Shown here in pieces: positions 12,832-24,798 of a stretch of DNA of 64,000 nucleotides. The notes under the pieces were generated by a model. The model saw nothing but the letters and a program-made list of their open reading frames with translations, did not search any database and was not told where the DNA came from. Numbering within the stretch: position 1 is the first letter of the stretch; each line of letters begins with the position of its first letter. Source of the stretch: Octopus vulgaris (taxonomy: Eukaryota); NCBI GenBank assembly GCA_951406725.2, contig OX597819.1, forward strand, positions 83,514,001 through 83,578,000, given 5' to 3'. A program made the translations under genes and the position numbers.

Positions 12832-13585
12832 GTAAGAATGGCTTAACCATTTTATTAACAATCCGTCTCAGACTATCTGTTCACATTTAAATTAAAATGT
12901 TCACATTTAAATTAAAATCTTAACCAAAATTTCATTTTAACATAGATGAAATAATGAGATTTTAGTCAGTCATCACCAACATAATCTAACTATTATTATC
13001 AATTCACTAGCATCAGTGGTTGGATGGTTCAACATGAAGCTGACATGTCAAAGGGCTGTGTTGCACTCCAGTGTTTCAATTTTTACATGGTTTCTATGAC
13101 TGGGTGCTCTTTCTAATGCAAACTACTTTATAGAGTGTATTGGGTGGTTTTTGTTTTTTTGTAGCACCGACACGTGTGAGGTTACCTTGTCACAGGCAAG
13201 ACTAAACAACTACCATAACTGGAAGGAGAATGGGATAAAAGAGTAATGATTTTCAGTATGGTTGTGGGAAGGTGAAATATGATGTGAGGGTGGTAATGGA
13301 GAGATTAACAGTGAAAACAGTGTTGGGAAGGGAAATATAGAAGGGGAAAGGAAAGGAGTAGTGTCCAGGGTTAGTGAGAAAGGGAGAGAGACACAGACAG
13401 ACAGACAAAGTTGAAAGGTTGATACAGTACATTGTGTAGTGGTGGGATCCAGTGCTATAACTCTTTATAAATGTGAATGGAAGGGAGCATGAGAGAGAGA
13501 GATGGTGGGGATGAGAGTAACTAAACTCCTCCAGATTGTCTTGAAAATTAAGTGAAGCACTGGTAGTCTGCTCATTAGAAATATA

Positions 13586-14107
13586 CCGTAAATCCTCGAG
13601 TATAATCCACATTTTTTCCCCAAAATTTAAAGGTCAAAATACAGAGTGTGTACTATATATGAGGTTGAAAATGAAAAATATTTTCTAAGCAATATCCGAG
13701 TCTCTATTTGCTGTCCGGCAATGTTTATTCAGATGCATTTTGTGATGTCGGGCACAAAAATACCTTAAGCTAAGCCTGAAAGCAATGAAGTCGTAAAAGA
13801 ACCATCCATAACTTGCAGTAAGCAACATTTATTAAAATAAAAGTATTCAGAACACAGAATAACATGTAACAAAAACAATTTGCAAACATATTTACATTCC
13901 CATATAACAGTTAAGAACCTCACCATTATTGTATTACGCATGTGCGGAAGTGTTTGTTCGACTAGGTGCTGCTGGCTTAATTACGCACGACTCAAGTTAT
14001 AGAAGGAGTGCGTATTATATGCAAGGTTTAGGTTTTTCAGAGATACAGCCCCCTAAAAATCCCCTGCATATTATACTCAAGGTCAGACTATACTCAAGGA
14101 TTTACGG
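13586..14107. mobile_element. Tc1/mariner-pogo-like MITE
   Basis: TA|ccgtaaatcctcgagtata ... tatactcaaggatttacgg|TA; TIR plus TA TSD. Confidence 0.85.
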
Positions 14108-14278
14108 TAGTCAGAAAAGGACTACACTACAAAATATTCAATCAATGTTAAGTTATGCAAATCACAGTTGACACTGTTTAATGTTGTTATAACTGAATTT
14201 CAGCAACATTATTTAAATATCATATGACGTTTCTTCTGTTCTGTAGATAAATCCATTGGGTAAATTGTTCTGCTTTAA

Positions 14279-14498
14279 CCCTTTTATTACCACCCTGGCT
14301 GAAACTGGCTCTGGCTCTGTGTACAAATGTCTTGTTTTCATAAGTTTTGAATTAAAATCTTCCACCAAACCTTAGTCACAATTTATGTTCCTAACACTAG
14401 CTGAATGATGACTATGTTATTTTACTAAATTCTTTGTTATATTTAAAATAATTGAAAGAAATACAGAGCATCTCAAAATAAATACAATTACAAAAGGG
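14279..14498. mobile_element. piggyBac-like MITE
   Basis: TTAA|cccttttatt ... tacaaaaggg|TTAA; a related decayed copy in the opposite orientation lies at ~28080-28307. Confidence 0.8.
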
Positions 14499-14893
14499 TT
14501 AATAAAGCTCTGTGGTATATCTTAATAGATATAAAGATAATATCCTAAAATAGGTCTGGAATCTAACACCTCTTGATAAACCTTTTTTTTATTATTTGTT
14601 TTCACTATTACTGTTACAGTCACTACCAACCATTATTAATGCTTCTGCTATTCACTATTCACTACCACCATCACTACAACACATGTATTTCATGCTTACT
14701 GTAACACACCTTTTTATGTCTAAATCTTCTGTTATCTTCTCTGAAAGATCCTCTTGTTATGTGATCAACTTACTTCCTTCAAATTTTCTATGGTTTACTT
14801 TTGCTAGTAACATCTTCCACTAACAATTCTTGATACTTTCTCTTCCAGAATATTACTTCATATATGTCTTTTCAAACCTAATTTGTTTCACCT

Positions 14894-15296
14894 GGGGCCA
14901 GGCGATGCTGGCAACGGACACGCACGGATGGTGCTTTTACGTGCCACCGACACGGGGCCAGACCGGTTGCCAGCTCTGTCTGGCCCCGTGTCGGTGGCAC
15001 ATAAAAGCACCATCCGTGCGTGTCCGTTGCCAGCATCGCCTGGCCCCGTGCCGGTGACACGTAAAAGCACCATCCGTTCGTGGCCGTTCGCCAGCTCTGT
15101 CTGGCACCTGTGCAGGTGGCACGTAAAAAAACACCCACTACACTCGCGGAGTGGTTGGCGTTAGGAAGGGCATCCAGCCGTAGAAACACTGCCAGATCTG
15201 ACTGGGCCTGACGAAGCCTTCCAGCTTCACAGACCCCAGTTGACCCGTCCAACCCATGCTAGCATGGAAAGCGGACGCTAAACGATGATGATGATA
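14894..15296 (+). mobile_element. young CpG-rich RTE-tailed retroelement fragment with 5' inversion
   Basis: ggtggcacgtaaaagcacca repeats, ttggcgttaggaagggcatccagccgtagaaac motif, 3' cccatgctagcatggaaagcggacgctaaacgatgatgat tail shared with 18558-19543. Confidence 0.85.
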
Positions 15297-15299
15297 ACA

Positions 15300-16090
15300 T
15301 CAGTCAATATGCTTAATACTTAGTTACTTTATTCACTGACTAATAATCAACCTTACAAGTTACCATTATACACTTGATACAAATCTTCTATATTTGCTTT
15401 TCAAATTTCACTGATATATTCCATAATACTTCAGATGCATGTCTTTTCATACGAGGGCAGTAATAATTTATTTGATGTCTTCCATCCCACTGAACTATAC
15501 ATATTTCTAGCTCCATCTCCAGCACTATTCATGTAACTTTAGCAGCAAAACTTACCTTTTATTTCAAGTGATTTGTCTTGGTATCCTATGACATTACTTT
15601 GATTTCTAGTGACCCATAATCCCCTTTTCAATGCTTCTTTATATTGTTACCTGCTTCAACATACTTGATGTACCTTAAGCTTTGATCAAGTCTCAATCCA
15701 CTTGAGCTACATAAAATTTGTTGAGTGCCCATTATTTCCACTCACTGCACAATATTAAGTTGGCCTTGTTTACTTAAACGATTGATGCCTTTTCATTTAA
15801 TTCAACTCATTCAAGCTTTAAGCAACTTGTACAATTATTTGACAGATTATGCAATGTGAGCCATGTTAAAGTATATAAAATCTTCCATGGGAGTCCTTCA
15901 CTGAACTCTGGGACAATTAAATCAAAGACAAACAGAAAAGTGTGGAGAATACATTTATTGTAAGTCCAATTGAGTGCACTGCCAATACTGACCCTAGTTT
16001 TAGCATCATTATATATCACCTGGAAAGCTCCACAACTGGTCCTTTTGCACCTAATCTTATAATTGCCCACTAAACAACAGACCATTTAAC
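15300..16090 (-). pseudogene. highly decayed RT/LINE relic (probably RTE)
   Basis: ORF 15807..16085 contains FLFVFDLI..FSEGLPWKILY, resembling the GLPWELLYADD RT motif. Confidence 0.45.
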
Positions 16091-16769
16091 TCTATGAAAA
16101 GTTTTCTCCAGAACAATGTGTGTAAAATAAAGTTGTTTATCTTTTACTTGTTTCATTCATTTCAAGCAATTATATTATCAACACAATGTGTTGATAATGT
16201 AGCTAATGAATACCCTGAAGCTAATGAATACCCACTAATTTTGAAGTGTATCTAATCCTTATAGCAGTGAATTGTACATGTATGGCACCAATTTACAGTT
16301 ACATTTGCTATGTGAAGGAGAATTAAAACTCGATTCCAGTGATAGAAAATATCTAGATTTGACTCTCTCTTTCTTATTATTCAGAAAATATTTCAATTTG
16401 TCTAGAAAATGAAAAAAAAAAAGAAATTGAATAGTTTTAATTATTTTCATTAACACCAAACTATTATTATTACTATGTATTATTTTACTAACATTATTTT
16501 ACTAACATTATTTTACTAACATCTTGTAATGTCCTTATGTTCATTGAGTAATGCAGAGGTCGATAGTAAATCTATTTACAAAGACTTAAAACCTTACTAA
16601 GCAATTGTTGCCATTCTCTATATTGCACTTGTTCTCTTTACTGATCATCAATTTATATTTTTTATCCTCAATCATAGGATTCAAATGTGTAAATTGCCTC
16701 TAAATAACTTGGGGATCTTAGAATCCTTCTGCAATTTAAAATTTAACTTTACCTTCTTTTTCCTTTCAG

Positions 16770-16850
16770 TGGGAACCAGTTCAGTTTTTTAACAATAAAA
16801 TTATCTGTGATATGGTTGAAGGGAGACCAATTGGTGTGATAGCTATTATG
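16770..16850 (+). CDS. MYO1C: exon 9: WEPVQFFNNKIICDMVEGRPIGVIAIM
   Basis: tttcag acceptor, gtaagc donor, 81 nt. Confidence 0.96.
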
Positions 16851-18421
16851 GTAAGCATCATTTTAATATTGTATCATCTCTTAAAATCATATGGTATATA
16901 CTTTCATTGATAAGTGCTGAAACTTTATTAAAGAATAAAATTTGAATGATGTAAACTCTGCAATTGTGTTTTTAAGGAAATAACTGAATATGAAAATCTA
17001 ATTAGATAAAAGTTTGTGATAGTGTCTGACTTAACAATACTGAAACAACTGAATCAAGTTTTGTGAATCTCAGTTTTACAATTTAAACATTGAGATGTTT
17101 CGTTCATAATGCAGTTCTTCATGTTATTCATTTATAATTTTAATAACAGTGATAAATGTTGGATAAAGACTGAAAGAGTATGATTGTGAACACAAACAGC
17201 CAAAATAGTGTTCCTCTGAAGGATCTCTAGAGTAACATTACTCAATAGGGTGTGTAGCTCAAATATCAAGAAATCTCTCCAGGTCAAGCTGTACTTCTCC
17301 ACATTTAGAGGTCACAACTCCAATATTACAGACAAGTGGTTTAAATGTTGAGTAAAGAATCACATGACAGATTCTTCAAGCCATGCCAACAAGCAATAGA
17401 TCTAGGGGTTGACCAAGAAAGAGGTGGCTGAATAATATCCTTAGCCTCGGTTGGTCATGCTTGGGAATCTAGCCAGAAAGTCTAATGATGGTTGCTTCTC
17501 ATAGGAGCCTTTGGCAGAAGTACTTGAGGATTCTGTTCCCACAGCTCTCCCAAGAATGGTGGGTGAAGATGAATGGATGGATGGATAATAAAAGAATAAG
17601 AGAAAATGAGTGTTGGTTTTAAGGTGTTGGACTACCGATCTCATGAATGTACATTCAAAGCATGTTTGATCTATTGTGCTCCTGATTGAGATACATAATT
17701 TTGTCTTTCTGACTGACATAGATTCCCCTCTTGCACCCTAATTGGGAGGGTCTTTTGTTAGGCAGTGGTTGTTTTGGTAGGAAGTGGTTTGTTTCTTGCA
17801 AAAAGTGGGTTGTTTTGTTATGCAAATTTACAAAACCATAAGTGTGAAAAAATGTATGTAAAACAGAAATAAAATTCATTAGCTGTAACTCAAATGTACT
17901 TAATATTTTACTTGCATTTAATTAAATTTTTTTTAATAGACACACCTTTACATGTGTGTGTGTGTATGCTGGCATGGTTGTGTAGCTTAGAAGTTCACTT
18001 CCAGTCGTGTAGTTTCAAGTTCTGTCCCACTGTGCAACACTTTGGACAAGTGTCTTCTATTTACAGCCCTGTGTTGACTAATTCATTATGCATGGATGAG
18101 GTAGACAGAAACTGAAACCAACCTGTCATATGTGTGTGTATTTCTGTATGTACACACACAAATACACATATATACATATGTTTGTGTGTATGCATGAATC
18201 TGTTTCTTTACATTTGGAATCAACAAAGTCAGTTGTATAAGTTACGTTGTAGTGTTACTTTCCCTCTCAATAAACTGTCTGCTCACTTCACAACTTTGAA
18301 GTCATGTGAAATAAGAAATGCGTCACTTGAAAAACAGGTAAGGGTTATTGTTAGGAAGAGCTGCTGGCTGTCAAGCCTCAATAATGTTTCTCTCAACACG
18401 GATGTAAAATGCACTAACAAA

Positions 18422-18447
18422 TCTCTCTCTCTCTTTATCTCTCTTTA

Positions 18448-18509
<62 letters not shown>

Positions 18510-18511
18510 AA

Positions 18512-18549
<38 letters not shown>

Positions 18550-18555
18550 CATATA
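18422..18555. repeat. compound microsatellite (CT)n(GT)n(AT)n
   Basis: read directly. Confidence 0.95.
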
Positions 18556-18557
18556 TT

Positions 18558-19543
18558 CCATGCTACATGGCAGTGAAACATGGGCCATGACTGCTGAGGA
18601 CATGCGTAAGCTTGCAAGGAATGAAGCCAGTATTCTGCACTGGATGTGTGATGTCAGTGTGCATACTCGACAGAGTGTTAGTACCTCGAGAGAAAAGTTG
18701 GACCTAAGAAGCATCAGATGTGGTGTGCAAGAGAGACAACTGCGCTGGTATGGTCATGTGGCGAGAATGGATGGGGATAGCTGTGTGAAAAAGTGCCACA
18801 CCCTAGCGGTTGAGGGAACCTGTGGAAGAGGTAGACCCAAGAAGACCTGGGATGAGGTGGTGAAGCACGACCTTCGAACATTAGGCCTCACCGAGGCAAT
18901 AACTAGTGACCAAGACTTTTGGAAATATGCTGTGCTTGAGAAGACCCAGCAAGCCAAGTGAGACCATGACCTCGTGGCCTATGACAGGAGTGTAACCAGC
19001 CCACTTATGCATATATTTCCTTCATTGGACACTAAACTCTGCTTGCGAAGACCTGTTGAGGCAAGTGAGATCGAAATCAAATTCGATGACTGGCATCCGT
19101 GCTAGTGGAGCGCTAAGAGCACCATCCGAGCATGATCGTTGCCAGAGCAGCTAACTGGCTTGCATGCCAGTGGCACATAAAAAGCACCATTCAGCATGAT
19201 CGTTACCAGCATTGCCTTACTTGCACTTGTGCTGGTGGCACGTGAAAAATCATTCGAGCAAGGTCGTTGCCAGTGCCATTGGACTGGCTCCTGTACAGGT
19301 GGCATGTAAAAAATACCATTTGAGCATGGCCATTGCCAGTACTGCCTGACTGGCCCTTGTACCGGTGGCACATAAAAGCACCCACTACACTCTCAGAGTG
19401 GTAGACGTTAGGAAGGGCATCCAGCTGTAGAAACTCTGCCAGATCAAGATTGAAGCCTGGTGCAGTCATCTGGTTCGCCAGTCCTTAGTCAAATCATCCA
19501 ACCCATGCTAGCATGGAAACAAACGTTAAATGATAATGATGAT
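18558..19543 (+). mobile_element. 5'-truncated RTE-clade LINE (ORF C-terminus plus repeat-containing 3'UTR)
   Basis: MLHGSETWAMT...LRWYGHVARM...GRGRPKKTWDEVVKHDL, stop at 18959-18961, (GAT)n tail. Confidence 0.9.
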
Positions 19544-19568
19544 ATAAAATATATATATATTTAAAATA

Positions 19569-19618
<50 letters not shown>

Positions 19619-20063
19619 TATATATTTCAGTATGTTATGGAATTTTTTTATTGGTTTTCATGACTGAAAATTTCATTCAATTTTCACTGCAACTTGAACT
19701 CAGAATCAAAAGGAGACGGAATTAAATTCAATAAAACATTAATACTAGCAACTACTATTTTAGTCATCTCTACTAGTCAACTAGGCATTATGAGATAGTA
19801 CTGCTAGTAAATATGCATCCAGAGACTTCAAACAATTAACCATAATTGATTGCATTTTGAATCATGATTTCAATGAAAATTATCTTGAAGAAATTGTAAA
19901 TTGACTTGCAAAATGATAGTAACTACAAATATTTTTTTTTTTTTTTTTTTTTTTGCATGACCTTTCATTAACATGTCATAAATACACACTGACAAATTGA
20001 TCAAAGTAATTCTCTATAAAATTTCTTATTTCTAACAAGTAGACTATGTTTACTTTATTTCAG

Positions 20064-20201
20064 GATGAAGAATGTGTTCGTCCTGGAGATCCAACAGATC
20101 TGACTTTCTTAGACAAGCTATCTCAGACTCACAAGGACCATGCACATTTTATATCTCATGTATCAGCAGACACTGCAACAAGAAAAACAATTGAACGGGA
20201 T
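20064..20201 (+). CDS. MYO1C: exon 10: [19 protein letters not shown]...RKTIERD
   Basis: tttcag acceptor, gtatgt donor, 138 nt. Confidence 0.95.
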
Positions 20202-20493
20202 GTATGTTGAAATTTTAAGAAATATTGTTCTATTTTCTATTTTAAATAATTGCTTTTGTCTTTATATTCATCTCAATTTTGGCAAAATTCAGATCACTGA
20301 AATTTAACTGAATTATTTATTATAAATGTATCCTAATCTTCAGAGAGGTGGGTGGTTAAAGTGTTGTTATTTAGCTGTAATTCCATGGATTCAAATGGCA
20401 AAAGTTAAATTGAATCTACTTGATAAGACACCTGTTTATTTCAGACAATTTTTAGTTGATTGGATGCATATTCTCAGCAGCTAGGAGGCATTT

Positions 20494-21003
20494 ATAATAA
20501 TAATAATAATAATAATTGTGTACAGTGCTCAGGTGCACTACAACTCATCTAAAGTGTATATATAATCAGGTGTAGTTTCGACGGATTTCGGGAAGCATGA
20601 GGGCCTTAAAGGATGCAGTGTCATGGCAGTCAACAACTGATGCAGGCAGTTTATTCCACGCTTCAGCAACCCTGAGCGTGAAAAAATGTTTCCGAAAGTC
20701 ATGGGAGCTGTGCTGTTTTCTGACTTTGTAGGCATGTCCACGTGTGTTAGACACATGGAGATCAAAAAGGTGTTCAGTGTTGTTGTTGGTGAGGTGGTTG
20801 ATAACCTTGTGGGTGTTTACCAAGTCCGTCGCTAGACGCCGGAGCTTCAGTGAATCCATGCCCAGGGAAACAAGGCGCTCAGAATATGGTAGGTGTCTGA
20901 TGGAGGGTATGCGTTTGGTTGCACGTCTCTGGACAGATTCCAGGAGGTCAATGTTCTGAGCAAGATAGGGATTCCAAACTGATGATGCGAATTCCAGATA
21001 CAA
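20494..21003 (-). mobile_element. 5'-truncated CR1/L2-group LINE 3' end
   Basis: ORF 20566..21003 LEFASSVWNP..LESVQRRATK..TRGH..FFTLRV..WNKLP; (ATT)n 3' tail. Confidence 0.9.
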
Positions 21004-21934
21004 TGATGTGCATTTCAGCTCAAGATATATGAGCTCTTTTGTTTTCTATTTATCATCTACATTCTAGCTTTAAATCCACTTTCTCTACTTTAGGGTCCAG
21101 TAATACTATTTATATTAATGTATATACCAGCTTTCATTGGCTATAGTTATGTGCATGCATATGCACATGCTCAAATTTCTTGGTACCTTTATATATCTAC
21201 TGTAGTTTGGACTACTCCAGCTACTTCTTAAAATGGTTTTGTAATATTTCTACATTACCTTAGATATTTTTAACTATATCATATTAAAAGTGCATATGAT
21301 TCAGAATTTTGTTCATAGCCAAAACAAATTTTCAAATGGATTAGTCTATCTACATAAAAGAATAAGTGCCACAAGATTGAAACAACTTACTGCTCTGAAC
21401 TGTTGCAGGATTGTAAAATTAACAGGTGATTTGTTAGTTTGCAGTGCTGACTTTATTTTCTGGCCATACTGATTTTCCTATGGTCTGCTATATAAAGAGA
21501 TCTATTGTGCATCTACAATATTGTGACTTAAGAAACTTGCATTTGAAAACTTTTCAGGTGTAGAATTAGAAAAACATGAAAAATAAACTTTCAAGTTTTA
21601 AGTAGTAATAAAGGCCTTTTTTTTTTTTTTTTTGGCAGAAACCTCACATTTATGGGGAATAGTTATTGTCAGTCAGTCAAATTGTTACATGATTTGTACT
21701 TATTTTATCGACTTACGCAAAGAAACGAAATACCAATTCAGATCTGATGGCATTTGAACTTTGGAATGTCTTGCACTTTACCATTTCAACTTCTTCACTG
21801 TAGTATTACTTTTGATAACACCACCAATAATAATGATGATTTCTTTTAATATATAGTAATAATATTTTATTAGTCCCAAAGGCGGCTCATATATACATTA
21901 CAAAATGTTACATTTTGCATATAAAAATAATGTA

Positions 21935-22312
21935 TGGTAAGTAGCTTGCTTACCAACCACATGGTTCCGGGTTCAGTCCCACCGCGGAGCATCTTGAGCA
22001 AGTGTCTTCTACTATAGCCTCGGGCCAACCAAAGCCTTGTGAGTGGATGTGGTAAACGGAAACTGAAAGAAGCCCATCGTATATATATATATATATGTGT
22101 GTGTGTGTATGTTTGTGTGTCTGTGTTTGTCCCCTAGCATTGCTTGACAACCAATGCTGGTGTGTTTATGTCCCCATCACTTAGCAGTTCAGCAAAAGAG
22201 ACCAATAGAATAAGTACTAGGCTTACATAGAACAAGTCCTGGGGCCAATTTGCTCAACTAAAGGCGGTGCTCCAGCATGGATGCAGTCAAATGACTAAAA
22301 CAAATAAAAGAG
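21935..22312 (+). mobile_element. tRNA-derived SINE family A, near-complete
   Basis: ggtaagtagcttgcttaccaaccacatggttccgggttcagtccc head, (TA)/(TG) microsatellite core, ggcggtgctccagcatgg tail. Confidence 0.85.
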
Positions 22313-22720
22313 AGATAGAGTGAGAGTAGAGTGGGGTCTTCAAAGGTCATTAGAACCTGTATATCCGTGCAGACTACTCTCTCTGGCTTTGTGTTGTCAC
22401 AGGTCACCTCTGCAATCATTACTTGATCATACTGAGAAAAAAGAGGATGACAAATCAAGAGTCATTGTGAATACCAATATTTCTGGCCATGACCCTTGTG
22501 TCTGTTTTCCTAATGCCTGTCCACAAGTGCCTGGCATACCAGCTCTGCCTATCTCTTTACATTACCCATGGTCTTAAAGATCAGACACATGCTTCCATAT
22601 CCCTTGCTGCAGTCAATTGGCCAATGATTTCTCCAACTTCGTTTTTAAAAGCATAAATGAAAGCCAACATTTACTTTATGGAAAATTAAAGCTATATCAT
22701 TTCCCATTTTGTTTTCTCTT

Positions 22721-23003
22721 AATAATAATAATAATAATAATTGTGTACAGTGCTCAGGTGCACTACAACTCATCTAAAGTGTATATATAATCAGGTGTAG
22801 TTTCGGCGGATTTCGGAAAGCATGAGGGCCTTAAAGGATGCAGTGTCATGGCAGTCAACAACTGACGCAGGCAGTTTATTCCATGCTTCAGCAACTCTGA
22901 GCGTGAAAAAATGTTTCCGAAAGTCATGGGAGCTGTGTTGTTTTCTGACTTTGTAGGCATGTCCACGTGTGTTAGACACATGGAGATCAAAAAGGTGTTC
23001 AGT
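22721..23003 (-). mobile_element. second, shorter copy of the same CR1/L2-group LINE 3' end
   Basis: near-identical to 20494-20780 with the same (ATT)n tail; ORF 22791..23030. Confidence 0.9.
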
Positions 23004-24021
23004 AATTTTGTTTTGTAAAGAAGCACTCACTTTTACAACATACTACACCTATGTTTTTTTGTTTTTGTCTGGAGTTGACTAGTGTCTAATATCTTATTTT
23101 GGCTTGTAATTCTGGCAAGGAATGAGTTATTGTTGTTGTCAGTGCATTTGTTATTGTCATTCAAGTCTGCGTTTCCACCACTTATTTTTATATGTCTAAT
23201 TATAACTGTCTTTGTTTATAACTGTTTGTAATTTTTTTCTATTAATTTTATTTGTTATTAAATTTACTTTTATGTTTTTATGTTGTGTTTTCAAAAATTG
23301 GTTGGTGGGGTATATTTGTTGCTATCATCTTAGTGACTAGTACTCCCACCAGCTATCTTAGAGATAGCTATATTAAACAATTAATAAGCAAAACAAATTG
23401 GATGTTTACAGTAGTATGTGTACACAATAAAAAGGTCAAAAAATTTCAGAAAAATAGTGGAGAATGGACCTTTAGATATTCTGAAACCATTTATTAGTTT
23501 AAAAAAATAAATAAAATAAAATAAAATTATTTTCCCAATAATACACATGGTAAAAATTCAGTTTTATAACAAACGTTAGCAACAACAATACGATAGAAAA
23601 CACAAAACAAAGCCAAAATACTGCACATGTCTAAGTGGCACAGAGAAGAAAAAATCCCATGTATGGATAACTGCCAATCTTCCTGAGAAAAAGCTTATCT
23701 ATGTCTGCATATACAAGTGCAAATGTATGATCTGCTTTCACTAAGCGAGGTTTTTAGTGTAAATTATGTAAGATATATAAGTACCAAGAAGCTGAATCAT
23801 ATTCAGAGATATACCTTTAAACAATAAAAGCTGCTATGCACACTAGTGTGAACATCATTACTAACCCTTAAGAAAAGACAATGAATTTAAAGAGAGATTG
23901 CAAAATGTTATACTATTATCTAATACATTATTATCTAAATAATAACATTGTTAAGCAATAGAGCAAGTTGTTACTAACTTTAGCTCAGATCCTATTAAGA
24001 TAATTGGTTAAAAATAGATTA

Positions 24022-24541
24022 CTGTAAATCCTCGAGTATAGTCTGCCCTTGAGTATAATACGCAGGGGATCTTCAGGGGGTTGTACCTCTGAAAAACCTA
24101 AACCTTGAGTATAATACGCACCCCTTCTCTAACTTGAGTCAAGGAGGTCTATATAACATCCTTGGTTTGTAAAAATGTATACGATAACATCCTTTATTAT
24201 TATTGTATATATAACATGATGCAAACATGTAGCTTTTTTGCGCATTTTGTTTGCAGAAAATAAAGAAATAACAGTAATAACAGTAGTAACGTTTAATAAA
24301 TGTTGCTTACTGCAAGTTATGAATGATTCTTTTATGACTTCATTGCTTTTAGGCTTAGCTTAAGGTATTTTCGCGCCCGACATCACAAAATGCGTCTGAA
24401 TAAACATTGCTGGACAGCAAATAGATACTCAGACATTGCTTAGAAAATGTTTCATTTTTTAACCTCGTATATAGTACACATTAGGGATTTTGACCTTTAA
24501 ATTTTGGGGGAAAAATGCAGATTATACTTGAAGATTTACGG
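24022..24541. mobile_element. pogo-like MITE, same family as 13586-14107, opposite orientation
   Basis: TA|ctgtaaatcctcgagtata ... tatacttgaagatttacgg|TA; interior is the reverse complement of the first copy. Confidence 0.85.
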
Positions 24542-24702
24542 TACTTTTGATGGTTTTTGCATAATTTCATTAAAATAATATTAACAATAAAAAATACCTG
24601 AGTTGAAGAAATTGGTACTGTTTCTAAAAACTATAATATCCAAAAAGCTTCATATATTACTTAATTGTTCATTTAACTTTTGATCCATTATTATTTTGCT
24701 AG

Positions 24703-24798
24703 CAATTTCGTCTGATCCATTATGCTGGAGAGGTTACATATAATGTCAAAGGATTTTTAGATAAAAATAATGACCTTCTCTACCGAGACTTAAAAGAA
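24703..24798 (+). CDS. MYO1C: exon 11: [32 protein letters not shown]
   Basis: ttgctag acceptor, gtaagt donor, 96 nt; HYAG motif. Confidence 0.97.

Noticed and set aside
18134-18961. 275-aa ORF as a host gene
   Set aside because: The N-terminal half is SINE and microsatellite read-through; the C-terminal half is an RTE LINE fragment.
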